Assembly: GCF_000940845.1 (NCBI RefSeq)
Contig: NZ_CP010341.1
Span: 1,830,001-1,862,000 of the forward strand
DNA from: Propionibacterium freudenreichii subsp. freudenreichii
GTDB lineage: Bacteria; Actinomycetota; Actinomycetes; Propionibacteriales; Propionibacteriaceae
Direction of reading: 5' to 3'
Length of the DNA: 32,000 nucleotides
This document shows positions 8,359 through 17,540 of the stretch, piece by piece (the first letter of the stretch is position 1; every line of letters begins with the position of its first letter). The position numbers were made by a program, and so were the translations under genes. The notes under the pieces are model-generated. The model was not told the origin of the DNA. It did not search any database and was given only the letters and a program-made list of their open reading frames with translations.

Positions 8359-8364
8359 AGCCTA
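8359..8364 (-). promoter_or_regulatory. Candidate -10 box TAGGCT (TANNNT), 6 nt upstream of the ATG (leaderless geometry)
   Basis: The minus strand reads ...GTCTAGGCTCGAACC ATG. No Shine-Dalgarno sequence is present. Confidence 0.35.
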
Positions 8365-8425
8365 GACGTCGGCGGAGCCGCGCGATGCGGCGCCCCACGG
8401 GCAGGCGCCCGACCCCCGGACGGCA

Positions 8426-8461
8426 AACGGACCCGCCCTCCATTAGGAGGACGGGCCCGTT
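8426..8461 (-). terminator. Imperfect 16-bp hairpin downstream of the SRPBCC gene
   Basis: The sequence aacggacccgccctcc-atta-ggaggacgggcccgtt has 2 mismatches. On the minus strand it is followed by TTTGCC. It lies 25 nt past the stop at 8486. Confidence 0.45.
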
Positions 8462-8485
8462 GCGGGCCTGATCAGTGGTGCCGGA

Positions 8486-8890
8486 TCAGAAGGCGTCGCT
8501 CTCGATGCGTTCCAGTGACGCCTCCCACCAGCCCTGCAGGTATGCCGGGTCCAGGTCGGGGCGCAGGTGGGAGTGCGCCACCTTCACCAGGGTGTGATCG
8601 TCATCTGTGAGGGCCAGCGTCAGGTCGACCAGCGACGGCGGGAGCTCCTCGCTCTTTCTCCACCAGAAGCGGATCTGTTCGCCACGATGGACGCTGCGGA
8701 CGACGCCGGTGCGCCCATCGGCCGCCGTCCACGTCTGTCCCTTTTCCCCGAGGACCGCACCGCGACCCAGAAGGGCCTCGCTACCGTCCTTCGTCATCAG
8801 CACGGCCCAGACCTTGGCGATGGGTTGGGCGATCACGCGGCTGACGACGACGGATGTCTTGGGATCTTCGGTACTGACCTGCTCCGACAT
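8486..8890 (-). CDS. SRPBCC-superfamily (Aha1/START-like) protein
   Basis: The ATG at 8890 follows GAGGTTCCC. The 134-aa product has an N-terminus typical of AHSA1-type SRPBCC proteins (SRVIAQPIAKVWAVLMTKDGSEALLG). Confidence 0.65.
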   Translation of the reverse strand: MSEQVSTEDPKTSVVVSRVIAQPIAKVWAVLMTKDGSEALLGRGAVLGEKGQTWTAADGRTGVVRSVHRGEQIRFWWRKSEELPPSLVDLTLALTDDDHTLVKVAHSHLRPDLDPAYLQGWWEASLERIESDAF

Positions 8891-9019
8891 GGGAACCTCG
8901 ATTCACTTCTCGGATTCAAATGGGCCGGCCTGCCCCAGGGACAGTCTGGTGCGCAGGGCTGCGATGCTTCGCTGCATCATCACCCCGGCCATGTCATGAC
9001 CCTATCGGTACCGACGGCC

Positions 9020-9670
9020 TCAGAGAAGGGTAAATGGACCCTCACGCGGAGTCCACGGCGAGCCGATCTTGCGGGACGAGACGCTGGGTTCGTCGGGCAG
9101 CCAGAACCGCAGCGGCTCGTCGCGGGCCTTGGTGATGCCCACCCGCGGCCCCACCCAGATCTCGGGGGCCAGCGCGTCGGGCACGTGGAGCTCGAACAGG
9201 TCGTCGGGCCCGCCCAGGGGCTGGCCGTTGTCGGCCAATGAAAGGCCGATCGCCGCCCCGAAGTTGCCGGGGCCCTTGGCCAGTTCCGCCTCGGGACGCC
9301 GGGCCTGTGCATCGGCCTGGTCCTCGTCGGGCGACGCCGCCACGATGAAGCCGCGGTTGGTCAGCGCCTGGTCGACGCCCTCGACCACCTCGCCGGCCCG
9401 CATCAGCACCCCGGAGGCGGTGCCATCGGGCGAACACACGATGTTGCCCGACAGGTGGATGCCGTAGCTGGAGTAGACGTACACGTGGCGGGCGGGACCG
9501 AACATCACCGCGGCCCTGCCCGAGGGCCCGCTCACTGCGTGCGACGCCGGATCCTTGGGACCCAGGTAGGCCTCCACCTCGGTCAGCCGGATGGCCACCT
9601 TGCCCCGACGGATGATTGCTCCGAGCAGATATGGCGCCACCGCGTCGGCACGTCGATTGAAATCGATCAC
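9020..9670 (-). CDS. mpg: DNA-3-methyladenine glycosylase (AAG/Mpg family)
   Basis: I chose the GTG at 9670 inside the longer ORF 9020..10141. The product matches Mpg blocks: VAPYLLGAII, LTEVEAYLGPKDPASHA, ARHVYVYSSYGIHLSGNIV, GVLMRAGE, GPGNFGAAIGL. The exact start is uncertain. Confidence 0.8.
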   Translation of the reverse strand: MIDFNRRADAVAPYLLGAIIRRGKVAIRLTEVEAYLGPKDPASHAVSGPSGRAAVMFGPARHVYVYSSYGIHLSGNIVCSPDGTASGVLMRAGEVVEGVDQALTNRGFIVAASPDEDQADAQARRPEAELAKGPGNFGAAIGLSLADNGQPLGGPDDLFELHVPDALAPEIWVGPRVGITKARDEPLRFWLPDEPSVSSRKIGSPWTPREGPFTLL

Positions 9671-9869
9671 GCGCCCAGTCTGACACAGCCACCGGCGCCT
9701 GCCCCCGGCCTTCTGCCCACGGGGAAACCTCCCCCGCACGCGGTATTGCGCGGTGCAGCGAAGCCGTGATCCCCGTCGCGCCGGCGCCGCGGCAACCCCG
9801 GCCGCGCCCGCCGATGAGTGCGTCGAAGCGGTGTGCAGGCCATGACGCCACGCCGACGAAACGCGTACG

Positions 9870-10829
9870 GTGGTGGCCATGTCGCACACGGTGAGGGGAT
9901 ACCTGCGCGCGCTGGGCGCACCCGTTGCCCTGGTGTTCGCGGTGACGGCCTGCGGTGCACCCCAGGCTGGGCAGGCCTCTTCATCGGCCACCACTCCCGC
10001 CAACGCGCAGTCGACCCAGGCGCCGGCCTTCGACCTCACGGTGGCGGGCCATGCACGCCAGGTGATCGACTTCCTGGTGGCGGCGTCGGGCAACAAGCCG
10101 GTGCTGCGGGTCGAGGTGACCCCCACCGCCGCCAACATCACCTACCTGGAGGACGACCAGGCCCACACCATCGGCTACGCCAACGGCCACATCAGCCCCG
10201 TGGATTCGACGGTGAAGTACATCAACCAGGCTCAGTTCAAGCCGTCGGGATTCAATATCGACAATGTCGGGGAGCTGTTCGAGAAGGCCGGCGAGATCTC
10301 CGGTTCCCGCCAGCAGCAGGACCTCCAGATCAACGAGTACAACCAGGGCGTGGTGCTGATGACGGTCACCACCACCCCCGAGACCAGCACGGTCTTCTTC
10401 CGTCCCGATGGCAGCATCGTGAACAAGCTCGACTTCAGCACCGCTGATGGCATGCGTGAGGGCCTCTCGGACACCGTCCAGGGGGCGTCGCGGGTGGAAC
10501 AGGTGGTGATCAAGCCCGATTCGCTGTCTGCCGATGTGCGCACCGACGCGGCCACGATCCAGCGTCGCACCCGCCAGCGGGCCCTGCCGAGCATCACCTC
10601 GAACATCAAGGATTCCTCCGACCCGGGCACCTTCGATCCCGCGCTGATCGACCCGGGGCTGATCGCCCGGCTCGAGCAGACACTGCCCGCAACCGTGGGA
10701 CGCACCCCGTCGACCAGTGTGACGGTGACCATCGCACAGCACGCCGGACAGCGGGTGCCCTTCATGTACTTCCAGTTCAGCGGGGCCGAGGTGGTCACCA
10801 CCATGGCCGGCGACGTCATCGCGAAGTAG
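9870..10829 (+). CDS. Putative lipoprotein (unknown function)
   Basis: The signal peptide has a lipobox (ALVFAVTAC|GAP). The start is either the GTG at 9870 or the ATG at 9879. I recognise no family. Confidence 0.65.
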   Translation: MVAMSHTVRGYLRALGAPVALVFAVTACGAPQAGQASSSATTPANAQSTQAPAFDLTVAGHARQVIDFLVAASGNKPVLRVEVTPTAANITYLEDDQAHTIGYANGHISPVDSTVKYINQAQFKPSGFNIDNVGELFEKAGEISGSRQQQDLQINEYNQGVVLMTVTTTPETSTVFFRPDGSIVNKLDFSTADGMREGLSDTVQGASRVEQVVIKPDSLSADVRTDAATIQRRTRQRALPSITSNIKDSSDPGTFDPALIDPGLIARLEQTLPATVGRTPSTSVTVTIAQHAGQRVPFMYFQFSGAEVVTTMAGDVIAK

Positions 10830-10877
10830 CCGCGCCGGCGTCCGCGGACGTTTTGGGGCCGGTGGGACAATGGTGGG

Positions 10878-11582
10878 ATGCACGTTATCGGGGTCCAGCG
10901 GGTGGACAAGGCGCCTGTTGTTCGCCTACCCGTGGGGCATGGCGAGGATCCCCGTGTGTTGCTGTGGCATCGCGGCTGGGTCGTCTCGCGCTGGCTGTCC
11001 GCCACCGGAGCGGACGAGGAGCTCGTGGTCACGGCGCAGGTGCGACAGCGCACGGCCACTTCACGCACGCCCCGTCGCCGCGGGCACCGGCAGGATCCCG
11101 ACCTGGTGGTGGCGCCCGGAGAAGTGCCCACCAAGCGTCAGCGCGTTGCCGCCTACGCGATCGTGCGCTCACATCGCGGGTTGCTCGGCACGATCTGCAG
11201 CGATCGCACAGCCGTGCCCGGACGTTGGCAGCTGCCCGGAGGGGGTCTGGAGGCCTCCGAGACGTCAAGCCAGGCGGTGATCCGCGAGGTGCGCGAGGAG
11301 ACCGACCAGTCGGTGGCGCTGCGTCGCCTTGTCGACCTGCAGTCCGACCACTGGGTGGGACGCGCCCCGAACGGTCGGCTGGAGGACTTCCAGGCCATCC
11401 GCATCATCTATACGGCGGTCTGCACGGCCCCCACCGAGCCCGAGGTGCTCGACGTGGGCGGCACCACTGAGGCATCGCACTGGGTGTCGCTGCGGGGCTG
11501 GCGTTCGCTGCCCTGGACGTCCAGTGCCCGCTCCGCCCTCGACCGACACGTGGACGAACTCAGCGGCCTGTTCGCGCGCTGA
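10878..11582 (+). CDS. NUDIX hydrolase with an ~85-aa N-terminal extension
   Basis: The Nudix box is GGGLEASETSSQAVIREVREETDQ (GX5EX7REUXEEXGU). The ATG at 10878 follows GGTGGG. The start is not certain. Confidence 0.8.
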   Translation: MHVIGVQRVDKAPVVRLPVGHGEDPRVLLWHRGWVVSRWLSATGADEELVVTAQVRQRTATSRTPRRRGHRQDPDLVVAPGEVPTKRQRVAAYAIVRSHRGLLGTICSDRTAVPGRWQLPGGGLEASETSSQAVIREVREETDQSVALRRLVDLQSDHWVGRAPNGRLEDFQAIRIIYTAVCTAPTEPEVLDVGGTTEASHWVSLRGWRSLPWTSSARSALDRHVDELSGLFAR

Positions 11583-11667
11583 TCGGCCACGCCGACGCCG
11601 CTGCTCGCGCGTCGCGGCGCATCACCCTGCGCCGGTTTCCCGCAACGCACGCGTCCCCGAACGCTCG

Positions 11668-11701
11668 CATCCCGCCGTCCCCTGTCGGGATCGGCGGGAT
11701 G
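11668..11701. terminator. Strong hairpin between the convergent NUDIX and BI-1 genes
   Basis: The outer stem catcccgccg / cggcgggatg is 10 bp. An inner tccc/ggga stem with a 1-nt bulge extends it, around the 5-nt loop ctgtc. There is no T-tract on either strand. Confidence 0.45.
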
Positions 11702-11756
11702 TGCAGCAAGCAGGTGGGCATGCAGTCCGCGAGGACCGTGGGGGGTCGGCGCGTGA

Positions 11757-12569
11757 TCAGTTACGGAAGAAGCTCAGGATGCGCAACAGGTTGGTGTACA
11801 GCCACACCATGGTGACCATCAGGCCGAATCCGGCCCGCCACGATTCCTTGGCCGGCGCGCCCATGCGGACGCCCCGTTCGCATTCCTCGAAGTCCATGAG
11901 CAGGCTCGCCACGGCCAGCACCACGCCGATGGCGGCGAACAGCCAGCTGAGGGCACCCGCGCCGGCACCGATGTTGAAGAAGCCCAGATTCACCCCGAAC
12001 AGCAGGGCGATCAGGTTGATGCCGGCCACCACCGCGTAGCCGATGATCGAGAAGATGAAGATCTTCTGCATGCGGCCGCTGATGCGGGCGCCGAAGGTGC
12101 GGTAGGCGAACAGCGTGACGGCCGCGGCAGCGAAGGTGCCCAGCACGGCCTGGCCCACGATGCCGGGGTAGATGCTCTCCATCACCTGGCTGAATGCCCC
12201 GATGAGGATGCCCTCGAACACGGTGTAGGCCATGATCGCGGGCACCGAGGTGCTGCGACGCACGGTCACCAGGATGGCGGCGACCAGGGCGATCACCGAT
12301 GACCCGAGAGCCAGGGGCAGGGCCATCGCCGGGTTGACGGCGGTGAACATCCAGGCGGCCGCGGCCACTGCCACGAGGATCACGAACAGCGTGGCGGTCT
12401 TGGCGATCACATCGTTCATCGTCATGCGGGCCGCGGGCCGCGACGGGCCCGGGTATCCGCCGGGCGGATAGGACGCCTCCTGATACGCCGCGTCGACGTA
12501 CTGCTGACCCGCTTGGCCAGCGGGGACGAAGGCGTCCGGCCTGGTCAGTACTGGGTTGCTGCTTCGCAC
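11757..12569 (-). CDS. Bax inhibitor-1/YccA family membrane protein
   Basis: The GTG at 12569 lies 6 nt after GGAG. The N-terminus (SSNPVLTRPDAF) is followed by 7 TM helices and the C-terminus YTNLLRILSFFRN, which is typical of BI-1 family proteins. Confidence 0.85.
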   Translation of the reverse strand: MRSSNPVLTRPDAFVPAGQAGQQYVDAAYQEASYPPGGYPGPSRPAARMTMNDVIAKTATLFVILVAVAAAAWMFTAVNPAMALPLALGSSVIALVAAILVTVRRSTSVPAIMAYTVFEGILIGAFSQVMESIYPGIVGQAVLGTFAAAAVTLFAYRTFGARISGRMQKIFIFSIIGYAVVAGINLIALLFGVNLGFFNIGAGAGALSWLFAAIGVVLAVASLLMDFEECERGVRMGAPAKESWRAGFGLMVTMVWLYTNLLRILSFFRN

Positions 12570-12705
12570 CTGTGCTCCGATCTGAGAAATGGGCCCGACA
12601 GGGCCGGGTCGATCCCACCAAGGCTACCCAGTGGCCCTTCGGCGGCCAATGATGAGCCGGCCCGGCTCACACCCAACTGTCCCTGATTTCGCCGTCATCC
12701 GGTGA

Positions 12706-13455
12706 TCAGCGCCGGGCGTCGATCAGGTGTCGCGAGGAGTGGTCGACGAAGGACCTTCCGGCGCGTAGTTGCGCGTCGAGGCACACCAGTTGGTCGTGAT
12801 ACTTGTCCGGCGAGAAGTCAGGCACCCACCAGGGGCACTTGCGCAGGATCCAGACGATGGCCCCGATGTCGAAGTACTCGATGCGCAGGGTCGCGGTGAG
12901 CAGGGACTCGATGTGGAGTCCGGCGGCCTGCGCCTGTGCCGCTTCGACATGCGGGTCGCGGCGCTTCCGGTTCTCCGGCAGCGGGCCGAGGAAATACTCG
13001 ATGAGCTCGAACGACGAGGCCGGCCCCACGTGCTGGGCGAAGTAGTGGCCGCCGGGTTCCAGCACCCGCGCGATGTCGCGCCAGTCCGGCTTCACCGGAT
13101 GGCGGGAGGTCACCAGGTCGAAGCTGGCGTCGTCGAAGGGCAACGGATCATCCCCGGTGGTCTGCACGACCCTGACGCCGCGGGGCCCCAGCAGCTTCCG
13201 GGCGCGCTCCGCATTCGGCGGCCAGGATTCGGTGACCACCATCGTCGGTGGCAGCTGCGGGGCCTCGTTGACCACCTCTCCCCCGCCGGTGTCGATGTCC
13301 AGCGCGGCGTGTGCTCGGGCCAGTCGGCCCGCCAGCAGGCGTGCATATCCCCAGGGCGGACGCTCCTCGGTGGCGCGACCGTCGAGGAAGCCGAATCCCC
13401 ACCCGGTGATATCGGCACTCTGGGCTTCGGCAACCAGCTCAGCAAAGGGCCGCAT
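12706..13455 (-). CDS. Class I SAM-dependent methyltransferase
   Basis: I chose the ATG at 13455 (MRPFAELVAEAQ...). Motif I is ALDIDTGGGE, and the acidic loop VVVTESWPPN and DASFDLVTSRH are also present. The longer ORF reaching 13572 adds only Arg/Pro-rich sequence. Confidence 0.75.
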   Translation of the reverse strand: MRPFAELVAEAQSADITGWGFGFLDGRATEERPPWGYARLLAGRLARAHAALDIDTGGGEVVNEAPQLPPTMVVTESWPPNAERARKLLGPRGVRVVQTTGDDPLPFDDASFDLVTSRHPVKPDWRDIARVLEPGGHYFAQHVGPASSFELIEYFLGPLPENRKRRDPHVEAAQAQAAGLHIESLLTATLRIEYFDIGAIVWILRKCPWWVPDFSPDKYHDQLVCLDAQLRAGRSFVDHSSRHLIDARR

Positions 13456-13461
13456 CAGGTC

Positions 13462-13467
13462 ATTATC
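13462..13467 (-). promoter_or_regulatory. Candidate -10 box GATAAT, 6 nt upstream of the ATG (leaderless geometry)
   Basis: The minus strand reads ...GGGGGCGATAATGACCTG ATG. No Shine-Dalgarno sequence is present. Confidence 0.35.
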
Positions 13468-13757
13468 GCCCCCGGACGGCCATGGCGGTCGCGTCGCGCT
13501 GCGAGGCGGGCACCCGGTGATCGCGCTGGGCTTATCGACTCGTGGACGCAAAACCCTTGCCGCGTAAGGCACCGACGCGCAAAACTAGCAGGAGTTACGT
13601 GTTGCCGGCACTCACACCGGCCCGGACATTGCGACGCGCCTGCCTGCGCTCGTCGATGGTCGGCCACATTGGTCCGCCAGGTACCCGGGCCGGGCAGGAC
13701 GTGACGCCAAGCGACCGGGTCTCCCCCACCCCGGCCCCACCGCATCGGGAGGAACCA

Positions 13758-14531
13758 ATGAGCAAGCGACCGCACACCATCCTGGTTGTCGGAGCCACGG
13801 GAAGCGTCGGCCGCTTCGTGGTGGCCGAGGCCCTCAAGCAGGGCTATGCCACCCGAGCGTTGGTGCGCAACCTTGACAAGGCGAAGACCCTGCCCGAGGG
13901 TGCGCTGGCCGTGGTGGGCGACCTGACCGACGCCGCCACGCTAGACCGGGCACTTGCCGGAACCGACGCGGTGGTGTTCACCCACGGTTCGAACAGCACC
14001 GAGGAGCAGGCCGAGGCCGTCGACTACGGCGCGGTGCGCTCGGTGCTCACCGCCCTGGGCGATCGTTCGGTGCGGGTCGCCCTGATGACCGCGATCGGCA
14101 TGACCAAGCGCGACAGCATCTACAACAAGGAGAACCACGGACGCGACTGGAAGCGCCGCGGGGAGCGTCTGCTGCGCGCCAGCGGCCTCGAGTACACGAT
14201 CGTGCGTCCGGCCGCCTTCGACTACAACGCCCCCGACGCCCACAAGCTCGTGATGCGCCAGGGCGAGCACCCGAGCAATGGCGGCGTGGCCCGCGAGCAG
14301 ATCGCCCGCGTGCTGGTGGACGCCCTGAGCAACGACGCGGCGCGTCACAAGACCTTCGAATTGCTCGACACCACCGGCGAGGAGCAGGCCGACCTGACGC
14401 CCCTGTTCGCAGCACTGCAGCCCGATGAGCCGGCGGCGGCCGACGCGCCGGGCGACTCCGAGAACCTGCCCCTGTCCGATGAGCCGCAGCGCGTACTCGA
14501 CGACCTGAAGCGCCTCACCGACTACGAATAG
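13758..14531 (+). CDS. NAD(P)H-binding protein (NmrA-like / atypical SDR)
   Basis: The ATG at 13758 follows GGGAGGAACCA. The Rossmann motif ILVVGATGSVGRFV sits at the extreme N-terminus, and the overall pattern is that of the NAD(P)-binding domain family. Confidence 0.8.
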   Translation: MSKRPHTILVVGATGSVGRFVVAEALKQGYATRALVRNLDKAKTLPEGALAVVGDLTDAATLDRALAGTDAVVFTHGSNSTEEQAEAVDYGAVRSVLTALGDRSVRVALMTAIGMTKRDSIYNKENHGRDWKRRGERLLRASGLEYTIVRPAAFDYNAPDAHKLVMRQGEHPSNGGVAREQIARVLVDALSNDAARHKTFELLDTTGEEQADLTPLFAALQPDEPAAADAPGDSENLPLSDEPQRVLDDLKRLTDYE

Positions 14532-14582
14532 GCCGGCGCCTGTGGGCCGGCATCTGCCCGGCTCTGCCGACCAAGAACACCC

Positions 14583-14614
14583 GTGAAGCCGACGTCCCCG
14601 GACGTCGGCTTCAC
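14583..14614 (+). terminator. Intrinsic terminator hairpin (14-bp perfect stem, 4-nt loop)
   Basis: The sequence gtgaagccgacgtc-cccg-gacgtcggcttcac is followed by GTTTCAAG. It lies 52 nt after the SDR-like gene stop. Confidence 0.65.
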
Positions 14615-14747
14615 GTTTCAAGCATGTAACAACTGGATCGCGGCTCTTTCGTGCGCCCCACCGGGCCACTAGCGTTTGCTCGTTGCACGCACACCCCATC
14701 TGTCCGCGTCGGGTTCCCGGCGTTCCACGTACGAGGAGGGCTGAGCC

Positions 14748-16211
14748 ATGAACACGTCAGATCGCACTGCATCACCCCACGCGAACCCGCCAGCCCCCTC
14801 AGACGACGGCAAGGCGTCCCCGGCGCTGAAGCAGGTGATGGGGCCCGGACTGCTGTTGTTGTTCGTGGTGGGCGACATCCTGGGGACCGGCGTCTACGCC
14901 CTGACCGGGCAGGTGGCCGGCGAGGTGGGAGGCGCGGCCTGGTTGCCGTTCCTGATCGCCTTCGTGATCGCCATGATGACGGCACTGTCATACCTGGAGC
15001 TGGTCACCAAGTACCCGCAGGCGGCCGGCGCGGCCCTGTATGTGCACAAGGCGTTCGGGGTGCACTTCATCACCTTCATGGTGATGTTCACCGTCATGTG
15101 TTCGGGCATCACCTCGGCCAGCACGGCATCCCGGGCGTTCGCCGTGAACATGGTGCGCGGGCTCACCGGCTCCGAGCCGGCCGACAACAACCCGTGGCTG
15201 CTGGTGGTGGCGCTGGGCTTCATTTTCCTGGTGATGCTGATCAACCTGCGCGGGGTGGCCGAGGGCGTCAAGGCCAATGTGGTGCTCACGCTCATCGAGG
15301 TGTCAGGGCTGCTGCTGGTGATCTTCATCGGCCTGTGGGCGATCACCCAGGGTCGGGCCGACTGGAGCCAGGTGGTGGCCTTCCAGACCAGCTCGGAACG
15401 CAATACGTTCGTGGCGGTGACGGCCTCAACGTCGCTGGCGTTCTTCGCGATGGTCGGTTTCGAGGATGCCGTGAACATGGCCGAGGAGACCAAGGAACCG
15501 ACGCGCATCTTCCCCCGCATCCTGCTCAGCGGGCTGACCGTCACCGGTGTGATCTATGTGGTGATCGCCATCATCTCGGTTGCCCTGGTGCCGGTGGGCA
15601 ATCTTGCCGCGAGCGAGGCGCCGCTGGTTCTCGTGGTGGAAAACGCGGCACCCGGATTCCCGATCAACCAGCTGCTGCCCTGGATCTCCATGTTCGCGGT
15701 GGCCAACTCAGCGCTCATCAATATGCTCATGGCAAGTCGCCTCATCTATGGCATGGCCCAGCAGGATGTGTTGCCGGGCGTGCTGGCGCGCGTCTTGCCG
15801 GTGCGGCGCACGCCATGGACCGCCGTATTGTTCACCACCGCGATCGCCGCCGGGCTGATCCTGTATGTGAGCCTGGCGCGCGGCAGCGCAGTGGTCGGCC
15901 TGCTCGGCGGCACCACCTCACTGCTGCTGTTGGCCGTCTTCGCCGTGGTGAACCTGGCAGTGGTGGTCTTGAAGCGCGACCGGGTGGGGCACAAGCATTT
16001 TCGCACCAGCCGGATCGTCGCGATCGTGGCCTGCCTCCTGTGCCTATTCCTCGTGCTACCGGTGTCGGGGCGTCCGATTGGCCAGTATCAGATCGCCGGG
16101 GTGCTCATCGTGATCGGCGTGGCTCTGTGGGCGGTCACGGTGGTTATCAACAAGCGTGTTGGACGCACGGAGCTGAAGCATCCCGAGGACATCCCGCCCG
16201 AAGTGATCTGA
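14748..16211 (+). CDS. APC-family amino acid (or polyamine) permease
   Basis: The ATG follows GAGGAGGGCTGAGCC. The 487-aa product has about 12 TM helices. Its N-terminal signature (GPGLLLLFVVGDILGTGVYALTG) and overall pattern are typical of APC permeases. Confidence 0.85.
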   Translation: MNTSDRTASPHANPPAPSDDGKASPALKQVMGPGLLLLFVVGDILGTGVYALTGQVAGEVGGAAWLPFLIAFVIAMMTALSYLELVTKYPQAAGAALYVHKAFGVHFITFMVMFTVMCSGITSASTASRAFAVNMVRGLTGSEPADNNPWLLVVALGFIFLVMLINLRGVAEGVKANVVLTLIEVSGLLLVIFIGLWAITQGRADWSQVVAFQTSSERNTFVAVTASTSLAFFAMVGFEDAVNMAEETKEPTRIFPRILLSGLTVTGVIYVVIAIISVALVPVGNLAASEAPLVLVVENAAPGFPINQLLPWISMFAVANSALINMLMASRLIYGMAQQDVLPGVLARVLPVRRTPWTAVLFTTAIAAGLILYVSLARGSAVVGLLGGTTSLLLLAVFAVVNLAVVVLKRDRVGHKHFRTSRIVAIVACLLCLFLVLPVSGRPIGQYQIAGVLIVIGVALWAVTVVINKRVGRTELKHPEDIPPEVI

Positions 16212-16268
16212 ACGGGATGTCCACGCCATCGTTGGCCCGACGGGCGTCGTCACCAGGTGACCAGCACC

Positions 16269-17540
16269 TCAGCCAAGCCCGTAGGCAAGCTCGGGGTGGT
16301 CGGCGGCAATCTCCAGCAGCCGGTTGTATTTGGCCACGCGCTCGCCGCGTGCCGGTGCGCCTGACTTGATGTGCCCGCACCCGGTGGCGACCGCCAGGTC
16401 GGCGATAAAGGCGTCGGGCGTCTCCCCCGAGCGGTGCGACATGAACTGCCGATAACCGGCAGCGGCGCAGATGTTCATGGCGTCGAGGGTCTCGGTGACC
16501 GTGCCGATCTGGTTCAGCTTGATCAGCGACGCATTGGCCACATGACGCTCGATGCCCTTGCGGATGAGCTCGGGGTTGGTGCAGAAGATGTCGTCGCCAA
16601 CCAGCTCCACCCGGGAGCCGAGTTCGCGGGTGAGCTGCTGCCAGCCATCCCAGTCGTCTTCAGCCAAACCGTCCTCAAGCAGCCAGACCGGGTACCCGTG
16701 GACGATGGCCTGGTAGCGCTCGATCATCTGCGCACTGGTGAAGCTGCGCCCATTGACCAGATAGCGGCCATCAGCCTGACGGAACTCCGAGGACGCCGGA
16801 TCAATGGCGATGGCCACGCCCTCGAGGCCGGGGGTATAGCCAGCGTCACCGATCGCAGCCACGATTGTGTCGAGCGCCTGCTCGGGCTCGGCGAAATCGG
16901 GCGCGAACCCACCCTCGTCGCCCAGCCCAACGGGTTGGCCAGAGTCCTTGAGGCGGGCACGCAGGGCGGAGTAGATCTCAGAGCCTGCGCGCACCGCGTC
17001 CGTCATGGAGTCCATCCCGGTCGGGCAGATCATGAACTCCTGGAAGTCGAGCGGATTAGCCGCATGGACGCCCCCATTGAGCACATTGAAACAGGGCACC
17101 GGCAGGCGGGGCGGCTGGCCTCCGATTCCCGGGAGATATTCGAACAGCTCGTTGCCGCCGCTGGCCGCAAGCGCCCTGGTGAAGGCCATGGATACCCCCA
17201 GGATTGCGTTGGCGCCGAGCCGGGACTTGTTCGGGGTTCCATCCAGGGCCAGAAGGCTCTCGTCGAGTTCGCCGACGGACTCGAAGCGGCGCCCAACAAT
17301 GGCGTCGGCAATTTCATGGGTGACGTGGTCCACTGCGGCGAGAACGCCGAGTCCGCCGAAGCGATGTGGATCGTGATCGCGCAGTTCCACGGCCTCGTGT
17401 GTGCCAGTGGAGGCACCGGAGGGGACCATCGCCCGTGCGCGTGTGCCGTCGGACAGGGACAACCTGACCATCAGGGTGGGTCGGCTGCGCGAGTCCAAGA
17501 TTTCCATCGCGTCCAGCGTGGTGATTGTTTGACGTGGCAT
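16269..17540 (-). CDS. eno: Enolase paralog (second copy; all catalytic motifs intact)
   Basis: The ATG at 17540 follows GGGAGGGCACTC. Motifs present: [80 protein letters not shown]. Confidence 0.9.
   Translation of the reverse strand: MPRQTITTLDAMEILDSRSRPTLMVRLSLSDGTRARAMVPSGASTGTHEAVELRDHDPHRFGGLGVLAAVDHVTHEIADAIVGRRFESVGELDESLLALDGTPNKSRLGANAILGVSMAFTRALAASGGNELFEYLPGIGGQPPRLPVPCFNVLNGGVHAANPLDFQEFMICPTGMDSMTDAVRAGSEIYSALRARLKDSGQPVGLGDEGGFAPDFAEPEQALDTIVAAIGDAGYTPGLEGVAIAIDPASSEFRQADGRYLVNGRSFTSAQMIERYQAIVHGYPVWLLEDGLAEDDWDGWQQLTRELGSRVELVGDDIFCTNPELIRKGIERHVANASLIKLNQIGTVTETLDAMNICAAAGYRQFMSHRSGETPDAFIADLAVATGCGHIKSGAPARGERVAKYNRLLEIAADHPELAYGLG

Noticed and set aside
3746-11582. Apparent clustering of maintenance genes (ung, msrA, DinB, mpg and NUDIX, with mazG and mfd further right), considered as a possible dedicated repair island
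   Set aside because: The genes are interspersed with unrelated functions, lie on different strands and transcription units, and are ordinary single-copy housekeeping genes in actinobacteria. The sequence gives no evidence of co-regulation.
13456-13757. A 300-bp divergent intergenic region containing the direct repeat GACGCAAAAC / GACGCGCAAAAC (13545-13585), plus a possible upstream in-frame GTG start (13599, after AGGAG) for the SDR-like gene
   Set aside because: The repeat is short and has no palindromic structure or second line of support. The N-terminal extension would be low-complexity, and it would place the Rossmann GATGSVG motif 60 aa into the protein. The ATG at 13758 has a strong GGGAGG RBS.
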